Positions 50,401-62,067 of a stretch of 64,000 nucleotides of DNA are shown in pieces. Source of the DNA: Mobula hypostoma (Eukaryota); contig NC_086124.1 in NCBI RefSeq assembly GCF_963921235.1, positions 27,652,001-27,716,000 of the forward strand. The letters are read 5' to 3'. The translations under genes were made by a program, and so were the position numbers. The notes under the pieces were generated by a model that had not been told where the DNA came from, did not search any database, and worked only from the letters and a program-made list of their open reading frames with translations. The stretch's first letter is position 1, and every line of letters starts with the position of its first letter.

Positions 50401-51120
50401 GTGTAGCACTTGTTCCGCTTACACGGATAAGTGCCAGGAAGGAGATCAGTGGGGAGGGATGGGGGGGACGAATGGACAAGGGAGTTGTGTAGGGAGCGAT
50501 CTCTGCGGAATGCAGAGAGAGGTGGGGGAGGGAAAGATGTGCTTAGTGGTAGGATCCCGTAGTCAAGAGCCTGATGGTTGAGGGGTGGTAACTGATTCTG
50601 AACCTGGTGGTGTGAGTCCCGAGGCTCCTGTACCTTCTACCTGATGGCAGCAGCGAGAGAAGTGCATGGCCTGGTTGGTGGGGATCTCTGACAAAGGACG
50701 CTGCGTTCCTACAATGTTGTTTCATGTAGATGTGCTCAATGGCCGGGAGGGCTTCACCTGTGACGTACTGGCCCAAATCTACTACCTTTTGTAGGATTTT
50801 CCATTCAAAAGGCATTGGTGTTTCCATACCAGGTGGTAATGCAGCCAGACAATGCACGTCTAGAAAAGTTTGTCAAAGTTTCAGTGTCAGGTCAAATCTC
50901 CAGTGATTTCTAAGGAAGTAGGGACAAGTCTACTTCCTCAAGAGGTGACTTGTTGTGAGCAGCTCCCATGGGAATCATCAAATATTCCCATTGTTCAGGA
51001 CCACAACTGCTGAAATCCATGGTCACGGCCATGGGTACTTCAGTAAATAACACATTTCACAACGTATCCCAATGATATTGAGTGGAAGTGGCACATTGCT
51101 CATGTGGTTCCATTATTTAA

Positions 51121-52535
51121 AAGGATTCCAAGCGTAAACCTAGCAATTATTAGCCTGTGAGTTTGACGTCAGTGGTGGGTAAATTGATGGAAAGTATTCT
51201 TAAAGATGGTATATATAATTATCTGGATAGACAGGGTCTGATCAGGAACAGTCAACATGGATTTGTCCGTGGAAGATCATGTTTGACAAATCTTATTGAA
51301 TTTTTTGATGAGGTTACTAGGAAAGTTGACAGGGGTAAAGCGGTGGATGTTGTCCATATGGACTTCAGTAAAGCCTTTGACAAGGTTCCACACGGAAGGT
51401 TAGTTAGGAAGGTTCAATCATTAGGCATTAATATCGAAGTAGTAAAATGGATTCAGCAGTGGCTGGGTGGGAGATGCCAGAGAGTAGTGGTGGATAACTG
51501 TTTGTCAGATTGGAGGCCGGTGACTAGTGGTGTGCCTCAGGGATCTGTACTGGGTCCAATGTTGTTTGTCATATATATTAATGATCTGGATGATGGGGTG
51601 GTAAATTGGATTAGTAAGTTTGCAGATGATACTAAGATAAGTGGCGTTGTGGATAATGAAGTAGGTTTTCAAAGCTTGCAGGGAGATTTAGGCCAGTTAG
51701 AAGAGTGGGCTGAAAGATGGTAGATGGAGTTTAATGCGGAAAAATGTGAGGTGATACATTTTGGTAGGACTAATCAAAATAGGACATACATGGTAAATGG
51801 TAGAGCATTGAAGAATGCTGTAGAACAGATACAGCAAGTAATAATGGTGCATAGTTCCCTGAAGGTGGAATTTCATGTGTATAAGGTGCTGAAGAAAGCT
51901 TTTGGTATGCTGGCCTTTATTAATCAGAACATTGAATATAGGAGTTGGGATGTAATGTTGAAATTGTATAAGGCATTGGTAAGGCCAAATTTGGAGTATT
52001 GTGTACAGTTCTGGTCAACGAATTATAGGAAAGATGTCAATAAAATTGAGAGAGTACAGAGGAGATTTACTAAAATGTTGCCTGGGTTTCATCTCCTAAG
52101 TTACAGAGAAAGGTTGAACAAGTTAGGTCTTTATTCTTTGGAGCGTAGAAGGTTGAGGGGGGGCTTGATAGAGGTGTTTAAAATTATGAGGGGGATTGAT
52201 AGAGTTGACGTGGATAGGCTTTTTCCATTGAGAATGGGGGAGATTCAAACAAGAGGACATGAGTTGAGAGTTAAAGGGCAAAAGTTTAGGGGTAAGATGA
52301 GGGGGAACTTCTTTACTCAGAGAGTGGTAGCTGTGTGGAACGAGCTTCCAGCAGAAGTGGTAGAGGCAGGTTCGATGTTGTCATTTAAAATTAAATTGGA
52401 TAGATATATGGACAGGAAAGGAATGGAGGGTTATGGGCCGAGTGCAGGTCGGTGGGACTAGGTGAGAGTAAGAGTTCGGCACAGACTAGAAGGGCCGAGA
52501 TGGCCTGTTTCCGTGCTGTAATTGTTATATGTTTA
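51121..52535 (+). mobile_element. CR1 LINE RT region, relatively young, one in-frame stop
   Basis: ORFs 51157-51723 and 51724-52461 are in the same frame, separated by TAG: QHGFVRGRSCLTNLIEFF, GVPQGSVLGP, FADDTKI. Confidence 0.92.
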
Positions 52536-53413
52536 TATTAAACCTGATTCTGTTTTGTCAAGGCATGTTCAATGTACGAGGAGCATTTGATGGGTCTGGG
52601 CCTGTACTCACTGGAGTTTAGAAGAATGAAGAAGGATCCTATAAAATATTGAAAGTCCTACACTGGACATGGAGAGGATGTTTCCTATATAAGGGGAGTC
52701 CAGGACCAGAGAGCACAGTCTTAGAATAGAAAGATGTCCATTTAAAACAGAGACGAGAAGGAATTTCTTTAGCTAGAGGGTGGTGAATCTGTGGAATTTG
52801 TTGAGTTCTGTTCATTTGGGCTACGTAATTATTTAGTACGCACGTGCACTCTCCCAGTTACGTGCGTGCACGCGGGAGGAGGAAGAGGAACTGTGGGATG
52901 TAAAGGTGACGGCCCTCGGGTATTGAACGGGGACATTCAAAGTAAAGTTGTTTAAACAAAAGGGAAATGTGTCTTTGTTGTTTGGGCGTTATCAGTGGTA
53001 GTGGAGGACGGTTACGATCTATCGACCTCTGGGCTATGGGCCCTGCGCACTACTGAGTATGTTTGAAGCAGAGATCGATAGGTTCTTGATTAGAAAGAAC
53101 ATCAAAGGTTACGGGGAGAAGTCGGGAGACTGGGGTTGACAGAGACAGTAAATCTGTCACAATGGAATCCCAGAGTAGACTTGATGAGTCAAATGGCCCA
53201 ATTCTGCTCTTAGCGTTATGGTTTTATGGTATCTAAGCTGTCTGACTTGATTCTCACAATTGACAGCAGAGAGGATGAGAGAGATCTTGAGCAGTTGGGA
53301 CTTGCTTCTGGACAGAAACGGGCCACGATGGATTCTGTGTCAAGTTGACATCAGTGAGAATACGGTGGTGTTGACGGGGTCAGGCATCATTTCTCCAACT
53401 TGCCCGTTCTTAC

Positions 53414-53684
53414 CTAGAGGTATCACGAGCTTCCCACTGACGGCCTCGTGTTCCATCTGACAGACGTACCCCTGGCTGTCTCCATCCAGGGGACGGACAC
53501 TCCTAACTTGAAAGGCTCCATTGCTTTGAGGGACAACGTTGGTCGTGTCTGATCCATTGTCAGCAACTTCCCCGTTTCTGACCCAGTGCACTTTAATGTC
53601 CCGGGGGAAGAAGTTCTTGGCCGTGCACACCAGATACATTTCGCCTCGTTTCTTCTTGTGTGAAGGCTCTGGTATGGGTAGGAG
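53414..53684 (-). CDS. WB: MHC W-category beta chain, beta2 Ig-C1 exon (frame problem at the 5' end)
   Basis: YLVCTAKNFFPRDIKVHWVRNG..VVPQSNGAFQVRS..YVCQMEH has C1-set Cys/Trp/Cys; P and G occupy the class I alpha3 P235/G239 positions; donor GTAAGA. Length 271 nt from the strongest acceptor is not divisible by 3; an alternative acceptor at 53668 gives 255 nt in frame. Confidence 0.85.
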
Positions 53685-53754
53685 CTGTGAAGGAATTAAA
53701 GAACAGAGTATGGGTTCAAAGTAGCTTTGCTCTCTTGTGACTGACAGTATGGAT

Positions 53755-54830
53755 AGAACTTCACTCTGTGTCTGACCCCGCGGGTGTGTGATAGGACAGT
53801 GTGCACGGAGTTTCATTCTGTGTCTGACCCCGGCAGTGTGCGATGGGACAGTGTAGATGGAGTTTCACTCGGTGTCTGACCCCAGGAGTGTGTGATGGGA
53901 CGTTGTCGAGGGAGCTTCACTCTGATTCTGACCCCAGGAGTGTGTGATGGGACGGTGTGGAGGGAGCTTCACTCTGTGTCTGACCCTGGGAGTGTGTGAT
54001 GGGACGTTGTCGAGGGAGTTTCACTCTGATTCTGACCCCAGGAGTGTGTGATGGGACGGTGTGGAGGGAGTTTCACTCTGTGTCTGACCCCGGGAGTGTG
54101 TGATGGGACGGTGTGGAGGGAGTTTCACTCTGTGTCTGACCCCAGGAGTGTGTGATGGGATGGTGTGGAGGAAGCTTCACTCTGTGCCTGACCCCGGGAG
54201 TGTGTGATGGGACGTTTTGGAGGGAGCTTCACTGTGTCTGACCTCGGGAGTGTGTGATAGGACAGTGTGGAGGGAGATTCACTCTGTGTCTGACCCCGGG
54301 AGTGTGCGATGGGACAGTGTGGAGGGAGTTTCACTCTGTGTCTGACCCCGAGAGTGTGTGATGGGACAGTGTGGAGGGAGCTTCACTCTGTGTCTGACCC
54401 CGGGAGTGTGTGATGGGACAGTGTGGAGGGAGCTTCACTCTGTGTCTGACCCCAGGAGTGTGTGATGGGATGGTGTGGAGAGAGTTTCACTCTGTGTCTG
54501 ACCCCGGGAGTGTGTGATGGGACGTTTTGGAGGGAGCTTCACTCTGTGTCTGACCCCGGGAGTGTGTGATGGGACAGTGTTGAGGGAGATTCACTCTGTG
54601 TCTGACCCCAGGAGTGTGTGATGGGACGGTGTGGAGGGAGCTTCACTCCGGCAGTGTGTGATGGGACGGTGTGGAGGGAGTTTCACTCTGTGTCTGACCT
54701 CAGGAGTGTGTGATGGGATGGTGTGGAGGGAGCTTCACTCTGTGTCTGACCCCGGGAGTGTGTGATGGGACGGTGTGGAGGGAGCTTCACTGCATGTTTG
54801 ACCCCGGGACTCTGTCTCTGACCCTGAAGC
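53755..54830. repeat. 52-bp minisatellite, about 21 copies, in WB intron 2
   Basis: Unit GGGAGTGTGTGATGGGAC(G/A)GTGTGGAGGGAG(C/T)TTCACTCTGTGTCTGACCCC; 52-nt period confirmed (53891 vs 53943). Confidence 0.95.
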
Positions 54831-55014
54831 GTGTTTGATGAGAGTTGTCTCTGTGGCGGTAGAGGTGGCCATGGACTAACATGTCAAAATTGGAATGGGG
54901 ATTGGAATTAAAATGGTTGGTCACCGGGAAATCGTTCTTGTTGCAGATGGAGCGAAGGCGCCCCGCCTCACTTCCCATCCCTCTCCCTATCCGAGTTAAC
55001 AGAAAGGTCCTGAC

Positions 55015-55284
55015 CTTTCCTTTCCCATGTGGCATTGGTCGAGATGGCCAGGCGCTTGATCCTGTCACAGAGGCTCGTGATCCGTTCTGGGACGGACTCC
55101 ACAAAAAGGCTGTTGGCATTTCGCTCATCCACCACTCTTTGGGCAAAGCGACGGGTGGTCACAAACGTCTTGTTGTCTGGGTCGTAGTAAACGATGGTCT
55201 CGCCGTCGTAGCCATCCACCCAGGTCACAACGGTCTTGTGATCATGTTGAGCGCACTGACAGTACTGGTGAAGGATGTGTACAC
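55015..55284 (-). CDS. WB: MHC W-category beta chain, beta1 (class I alpha2-like) exon
   Basis: GVHILHQYCQC..DGYDGETIVYYDPDNKTF..AQRVVDERN..SLCDRIK..WERK; 270 nt, phase 1-1; the Cys pair is 62 residues apart, similar to class I C101-C164. Confidence 0.88.
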
Positions 55285-55319
55285 CTAGAACCAAACCAAA
55301 CAGAACAGACAAGAATTGA

Positions 55320-56700
55320 TGTGGCGAAGATGTTCCTGCATTGGAGAAGGTCTAGGGGAGGTTCACAAGAATGATCCTGGGAATGAAAGGGCTAACGTAT
55401 GAGGAACTGGGAATACAAATCCATAATTCCTTGAAAGTGGAGGCACAGGTAGGTAGGGTCATAAAGAGAGCTTTTATCACATTAGCCTTCATAAAGTATT
55501 GAGCACAGGAGTTGGGATGTTATGTTGACATTGTATAAAACATTGGTCAGGCCAAATTTGGAGCATTGTGCGCAATTCTGGTCACCTACCTATAGGAAAG
55601 GTATCAATAACTTTGAAAAGGTGCAGAGAAGAATTACAGAGATGTTGCCAGGATTTGAGTTATAGGGAAAGGTTATAGGCAGGAGACTGGAGAGAGTTTT
55701 AATAGAGTTACACAAAATTATGAGGGGTACAGATAGGATGAATGTAAGCAGGTTTTTTTTCACACTGAGGTTGGGTGAGACTAGAGCCAGAGGTCATAGG
55801 TTAAGAATGAAAGGTGAAATATTTAAGGGGAACATCAGGGGGAGCTTCTTCACTCAGAGGGTGGTGCTAATGTGAAATGGGCTTGGAGTTAGGATCCAGG
55901 TGCAGGTCACTGGAACTAGGTTGAATAGTAGTTTGGCACAGAATAGATGGGTCAAAGGGTCTATTTATGTGCTACAGTGAATCTAGGGGCATTTGATGGC
56001 TTTGGGCACGTGCTCACTGGAGTTTCGAAGAATATGGAGGGGATCTCGTTGAAAGCTATTGAATATTGAATTAGATAGAATGGATGTGGAGAGGATGTTT
56101 ACAACAGTGGGAGATCCTAGGACCAGAGGGCACAGCCTCAAAATAGAAGGACAGAGACGAGGAGGAAGTTCTTTATCCAGAGGGTGGTATATCTGTGGAA
56201 CTCACTGCTACAGCCCGCAGCGGAGGCCAAGTCATTGGGTACATTTAAAGTGGAGGTTGATAGGTCCATGATCAGAGGTTATGGGGAGAAGGCAGGAAGA
56301 TGGGGTTGAGATAATTAATAAATCAGCTATGATCGAATGGGAGATCAGATGGGACAAATGGCCTAGCTCTTCTCCTGTATCTTCTGGTTTCCATCAGTAG
56401 GAGAGTCTTGCACCGGCGGGGAGATCCTCAGAGTCAAGGGGCAATGAGGAATTTACAACTGAGACGATGAGGAATTTCTTCAGGCAGGGTGTGGTAAATC
56501 TGTGGAATTCGTGGCCAAGGGGGACCGTGGAGGCCAAGTCATTGGGTGCATTCAAGGCAGGGACTGACGGGTTCTTGATGGGTCGTGTGGGTTGAGAGTC
56601 ACGGAGAGAAGAGTGGAGGATGGGGTTGATAAAAGGAATCAGCACTGATCGAACGGTGGAGCTCATCTGGTCTGATTCTGCCCTCTTATCATATGGTTAA
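55320..56700 (+). mobile_element. Several nested or tandem CR1 3' fragments in WB intron 1
   Basis: Repeated RTRGHSL/CR1-tail remnants. Confidence 0.7.
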
Positions 56701-57009
56701 CTTGCTGTCCTGTCTCCCTCGCTCATGGGGTCTGACAGCACATGTGCTTAGTTACGTTTCAAGTAATATGGGGGGAGGGCAAAGCACCCCCGCAGCGAAG
56801 GTGAGATAAAAAGAAATAAAAGCCTCTCGGCAAGAGACCAAAACTCTCGCAATTGGATTAGTCTGGAGTCAGTGTGAGGTCATTCATGTCGGAATTTGGA
56901 AGAACCGGGGGCTTCATAAATACGCGAAGTTGGAAATGGTGGACAATTAAATGATTTCAGAGAGTCAGCCATTCCTGTTTGGTCAGAACGGAGGAAGGGA
57001 CGTCATCCT

Positions 57010-57640
57010 GTAAAATACCCCTCCCACAACGTGGCGCTCCCTCGCCATCGCCCCTCCCACAACGTGGCGCTCCGTCGCCATCGCCCCCCCACACCAAGGT
57101 GCTTCCTCGCCATCGCCCCCCCCACACCATGGTGCTTCCTCACCATCGCCCCCCCACAACGTGGCGCTCCCTCACCATCGCCCCTCCCACAACGTGGCGC
57201 TCCCTCGGCATCGCCCCTCCCACACCAAGGTGCTTCCTCACCATCGCCCCCCCCACAACATGGCGCTCCCTCGCCATCGCCCCTCCCACACCATGGTACT
57301 TCCTCGCCATCGCTCCCCCCCCACACCATGGTGCTTCCTCACAATCGCCCCTCCCACAACGTGGCGCTCCCTCGCCATCGCCCTCCCACACCATGGTACT
57401 TCCTCGCCATCGCCCCCCCACACCATGGTACTTCCTCGCCATCGCCCCCCAACACCATGGTGCTTCCTCACCATCGCCCCTCCCACAGTGCGGTTCTCCC
57501 TCGTCGTTGCTCCTCCCACAAGCACCTGTGCTCCTTTCTCATTACCCTCCCCCAGAATACAGCTCCCTCCCATTGTGTGGCGCTCCCTCCTCACCGCCCC
57601 GCCTAGTGCGTGGCGCTCCCTCCTCACCGCCCCTCCTATA
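57010..57640. repeat. About 33-bp CpG-rich minisatellite with two interleaved unit types
   Basis: Units ccctcgccatcgcccctcccacaacgtggcgct and tcctcgccatcgccccccccacaccatggtgct. Confidence 0.9.
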
Positions 57641-57897
57641 GTGAGGTACTCCCTACGCACTCCTGTACCACCCAGCCGTGCAATCACTGTTTAGTCCCGA
57701 GCTCTGACGGGTTCTCCTCGGAGATTTAGTGCACGGACCCTCAGGACCTCCCGGCGTGGAAGCAGAGCTCCCTCTGTCCATTTTCTGTGTTGACCACCGA
57801 CCCAACGCAAACGCAATCGCAATCGCCTCCATCCTCCCTGCAGCCGACCACGTCTAGACCGCAGGCCCTCAAGTCCACACGTTGAGAGGCAACTTAC

Positions 57898-57982
57898 CAC
57901 TCTGGGTGGCCCCCACCACATCCAGGACGGACACCACTGCCCCGAGGAAGGCCAGGAAGGAGGGCCTGCACAGAGCTCTCAT
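57898..57982 (-). CDS. WB: MHC W-category beta chain, leader exon: MRALCRPSFLAFLGAVVSVLDVVGATQS
   Basis: ATG, hydrophobic signal peptide, 85 nt (phase 1), donor GTAAGT; splices in frame to the beta1 exon. Confidence 0.82.
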
Positions 57983-59268
57983 CCTTCAGGAGATAAGTCT
58001 GAACTGAGCAGTGCAGGCGAGACCGGAGCGATCCACCTGAATCCACCCTCTGGGGCGTTCGGGAGGACGGTCCGTCTACTTGTGATGGAGGGGGCGGGTT
58101 TCAGAACCCGAATCAGAATCAGGTTTATTATCGCCGGCCTGTGCGGTGAAATGTGTTAACTTTGCGGCAGCAGTACAATGCAATACATGACAAAAATAGA
58201 AAAAAAACTGAATTACAGTAAGTTTATATATGTATATTAAATAGTTAAATCAAAATAAGTGTGACAAAGGCAGAAATGTAAAAAAGTAGTGAGGTAGCGT
58301 TCAATGCCCATTCGGAAATCTGTTGGCGGAGGGGAGGAAGCTGTTCCTGAATCGCTGAGTGTGTGCCTTCGGGCTCCTGACGGTAGCAATGTGAAGAGGG
58401 CAGGTCCTGGGTGGTGGATGCCGCCCGCCTGAGGCGCTGCTCCTTGCAGATGTCCGGGATGCCGGGGAGGCTGGGACCCATGATGGAGTTGGCTAATTTC
58501 ACCACCCTCTGCAGCCTGCTTCGATCCCGCGCGGAAGACCCCCACCCCACCAAACCAGACGGAGTGCTCTCCACTGTACGTCTGCAGAAGTACAGATGGA
58601 AGAGGTGCTCCAGTCCAGCGGGGGCTGGTTTGAGGACTCCCGGGTGACTCGGGAGTTGACGAAGGACTGCGGTACGAGCGGTGCGAAAAAGCGAAAAATA
58701 AAATCCAGTCAGCGGCCGTCCTCTGGACGAAAACGCCACGTTAGTGAGAGAGGTCGGAGGAGAATGGCCAGGCTGTTTTAAACTGACAGGAAGGTGACGC
58801 TAACTCGAATAACCACACATTACAACAGTGGCGGGCAGGACAGCATCTCTGAACACAGAAAGCACATTGAAGCTTGAAGTGGACGGGCTACGGCAGCAGC
58901 AGACCACACCGGGTGCCACTCCTGTACCTGATAAAGTGGCCACTGTGACAATAAACCTGATTCTGGTTCAGGACTTGAATCATGCCCCCGTCACGCCGAG
59001 GACACCCAGATTGAAAGTTTCCCCTCGGCGTTCTGTCGAGCTTCCCATTTCCCGTCGAACTGGTTTCTCCCGCCGAACCTGATGCTGCCAGGTACCCGTC
59101 ACCGAGGCCCAATGAGCGCAGATGGTGAACTCCCTCCGGGATGACGGGGCGGGCTTTTGTTGCAGTCCGCAACCTCCAAAGACGAAGCGGCACTCGTCTC
59201 CACGACGCCCCCCTCTCCCCCGTTCCCAAATTTCAGTGCTTCCAGAAAGAGAGGAGTTATCCACCGAA
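57983..59268. promoter_or_regulatory. Head-to-head intergenic region, candidate shared promoter
   Basis: GC boxes at 58091-58098 and 59146-59153, IRF-E-like AAAAGCGAAA at 58687-58696, CCAAT at 59109-59113, TGACG at 59142-59146; CpG-rich; interrupted by Rex1 (about 58105-58590) and Tc1 (about 58740-58945) fragments. Confidence 0.5.
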
Positions 59269-59329
59269 ATGGGGCTCGTCAGCTTCTTAATGGCTCTGTT
59301 ATCTCTTACAGCAACAGGAGCGGAGATTG
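59269..59329 (+). CDS. WA: MHC W-category alpha chain, leader exon: MGLVSFLMALLSLTATGAEI
   Basis: ATG, signal-peptide-like sequence, 61 nt (phase 1), donor GTAAGC. Confidence 0.8.
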
Positions 59330-59559
59330 GTAAGCACTTTGTCCGGGAGTGTTGGTGGGGCGGTGGCCCTTGTGACCTCTTGGCGTTGTGGGTGGGGATT
59401 TGGTCATAAGAGGTTAAGATACGGGAGGATAATCCAGCCATTCGACTCCATCATTCGGATATAGATACACACATCTGTAACCCCCGGGGAAAGGTTTCAC
59501 TGCCAACGTCATGTCCTTTCTGTTGAAGCAGTGTTTGGGTTACGTTGAGAGATAACGGG

Positions 59560-61026
59560 TGCTTTGGAATGCAGACATCCCACCTCTCCCGGAATTTCCG
59601 GGAGTCTCCCGTAAATTAATAGTGGCTCCCTGATGCCTGCAAATTATGTACAATATCACGGACATCAATTTTTTTTTAAGAGCGAGCGAGAGAGAACGAG
59701 AGAGCAAGCAAGCGAGAGCGCGCGCGCGCGAGAGCGCGCCATGGCAGAATGTTCCAAAGAAAGGAAATATAAAACGTACGTCACGCTAGACTACACTAAA
59801 GTGTACCCCTGCCTAATAGGGGTCAAAAATAATGACAGTGTTGCTCGCTGCGCTGTTTGCAACAGTGACTTTTCTATTGCCCATGGTGGGTTAAGACTGT
59901 AAAAGACGTGTTGAGGTGAGTTTAACAGGTGTCATTCGTTCATTAGCGTAGCTAACCTTATTTAAACTAGCTGGCCAGCTACTAAGGAGCTACTCTATTG
60001 CAGACATCCCACCTCCCCTGGAAGTTCTGGGAGTCTCCCGCAAATTGATGGTGCTACCTCCCTGAAATGAGTTTTTGCAGGGTGGGATGTCTGGGAATGT
60101 GAGCTGGGTCTTTTGGGTGGGAGAGGAAGATCGGAGATGCTGCAGAGAACCGGTCGTAGGATACGACCTGGTGGGGAGATCGTGAGCAGGGCGACAAGAC
60201 CGACTGAGCATTGGTAAATTGTGCTCTAACTCGGGTCCCCAACCTATTTTGCACTGCGGACCGGTCGACCGGAGGGGGGGGCGGGTGTTCAAGTGGGGTT
60301 AAACTCACCTCAACATGTCTTTCACAGTTAGGGTTGCCAACTTTCTCACTCCCAAATAAGGGACAAAAGTAGCAGTCAAATCCTGACGAAGGGTCCCGGC
60401 CCGAACGTCGACTGTACCTCTTCCTATAGATGCTGTCTGCCCTGCTGAATTCCACCAGCATTTTGTGTGTGTTGACGGGACACTTGTGTTTACCCCGAGA
60501 AAGACCACCATGACCATGAAGCCTTGCGCGGGCACCTGTGTGCGCATGTGTGATATGGCCGATTTTTTTTTCCACAGATCGGTTTTGACTTACATTATTT
60601 CTACTTTATATAGGCTGTGTATTTATCATATCATTCCTGCTTTTACTATATGTTAGTGTTATTTATTTTTGGTTTTATGTGTTATTTGGTATGATTTGGT
60701 AGGTTATTTTTTGGGTCTGGGAATGCTCAAAAATTTTTCCCATATAAATTAATAGTAATTGCTTCTTCGCTTTACGCCATTTCGGCACGAAAGGTTTCAT
60801 AGGAACGCTCTACCTTAGTGGGGGAAATATGAGACAAGGGCGGTCCTGTATGGGAGAAACCAATTTAGCCCAATATACGGGATATCCCGGCAAATACGGG
60901 ACAGCTGGCAACCCTATGTTCAAGTTTAACGGTGCGTGACGGAATGAGGAAAGGTGCAGCTGACTCATATCTTTCCCTCGCAGCCCGGTAGCACATGCTT
61001 TGTGGCCCGGTGGTTGGGGACCACTG
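59560..61026. mobile_element. Nested hAT-type remnants and MITEs in WA intron 1
   Basis: BED-finger-like fragment ARCAVCNSDFSIAHGG; TIR pair TAGGGTTGCCA (60329)/TGGCAACCCTA (60916) nested inside GGTCCCCAACC/GGTTGGGGACC termini; a Penelope tail sits within. Confidence 0.6.
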
Positions 61027-61439
61027 CACTGGTGCACTTAATTATAATGGGCCCTTTCTGATTTTTTTTTTACTAACGCTTTAGTTAAGATTCATAAATA
61101 TAATTCCTTTAATTGTATGCAGTGTGCTGTCTGTTGCTTTGTGGGACGGAGTTGTAACAGGGTTGCAAATTACACAGCATCCACACAAACCGGGGTTTGG
61201 GTAGGTCACGGGTTTGGTGGGACCGGAGTGTACATTCCCGAGACTTACGTAACCAAGAAAACCAGCGAGGTTTTGTTATTTATTTACTTACCCATTGATT
61301 TAGATACAGCGTAGAACAGACCCAGCAACCCCCAATTTAACCCTTGCCTAATCTGTGCGTAGCATTGCGCATAACGCTTCACAGCACCAGCAAACCGGTT
61401 TCAATCACCGACAAGTGCCTGCAAGGACATAATAGGAAC

Positions 61440-62000
61440 AGAAGTAGGTCATCAGACCCGTCAAGCCTTCTCCGCCATTCAATAAGATCATGGCTGATCT
61501 GGCCATGGATTCATCTGCACCCACCTGATTTTTCCCCAGAACCCTTAATTACCCTACTGTGCAAAAATTTATCCAACCTTGTCTTAAATATATTTACTGA
61601 GGTAGCCTCCACTGCTTCATTGGGCAGAGAATTCCATAGATTCACCATCCTCTGGGAAAAGCAGTTTCTCCTCATCTCTGCCCTAAATCTGCTCCCCCAA
61701 ATCTTGAGGCTATGTCCCCTAGTTCTAGTCTTTCCTGCCTCTACCTTACCTATCCCTTTCATAACCTTATATCTTCTTTCATTCTTCTGAATTCTAGCGA
61801 GTCCAGTCCCAGGTGACTCAATCTCTCCTCATAGTCTAACCCCGTCATCTCTGGAATCATCCTGGTGAACCTCCTCTGCACCGCCTCCAAAGCCAGTCTA
61901 TCCTTCCTCAAGTATGGAGACCAGAACTGCACGCAGTACTCCAGGTGTGGCCTCGCCAGTACCCTGTACAGTTGCAGCATAACCTCCCTGCTCTTAAATT
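61440..62000 (-). mobile_element. CR1 3' fragment
   Basis: LYRVLARPHLEYCVQFWSPYLRKD; RTRGHSLKI. Confidence 0.85.
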
Positions 62001-62067
62001 CAAAGAAGTGTGTATGTTCTCCCCGTGACCGTGTGGGTTTTCTCCGAAACATTCCTAAAACATACTA

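Noticed and set aside
53755-54830. Common origin of the 52-bp and 50-bp repeats
   Set aside because: Only the short TGGGACAGTG and CTGAC words are shared, which is not enough to claim homology.
56979-57694. Long overlapping ORFs of 100-220 aa on both strands
   Set aside because: They arise from a stop-poor 33-bp (multiple of 3) GC-rich repeat; low-complexity translation.
53414-57982. Classical class I heavy chain or ordinary class II beta
   Set aside because: No alpha1 exon between leader and distal domain, peptide anchors absent, class II beta2 Trp and NGT-type beta1 motifs absent, and a head-to-head alpha-type partner is present.
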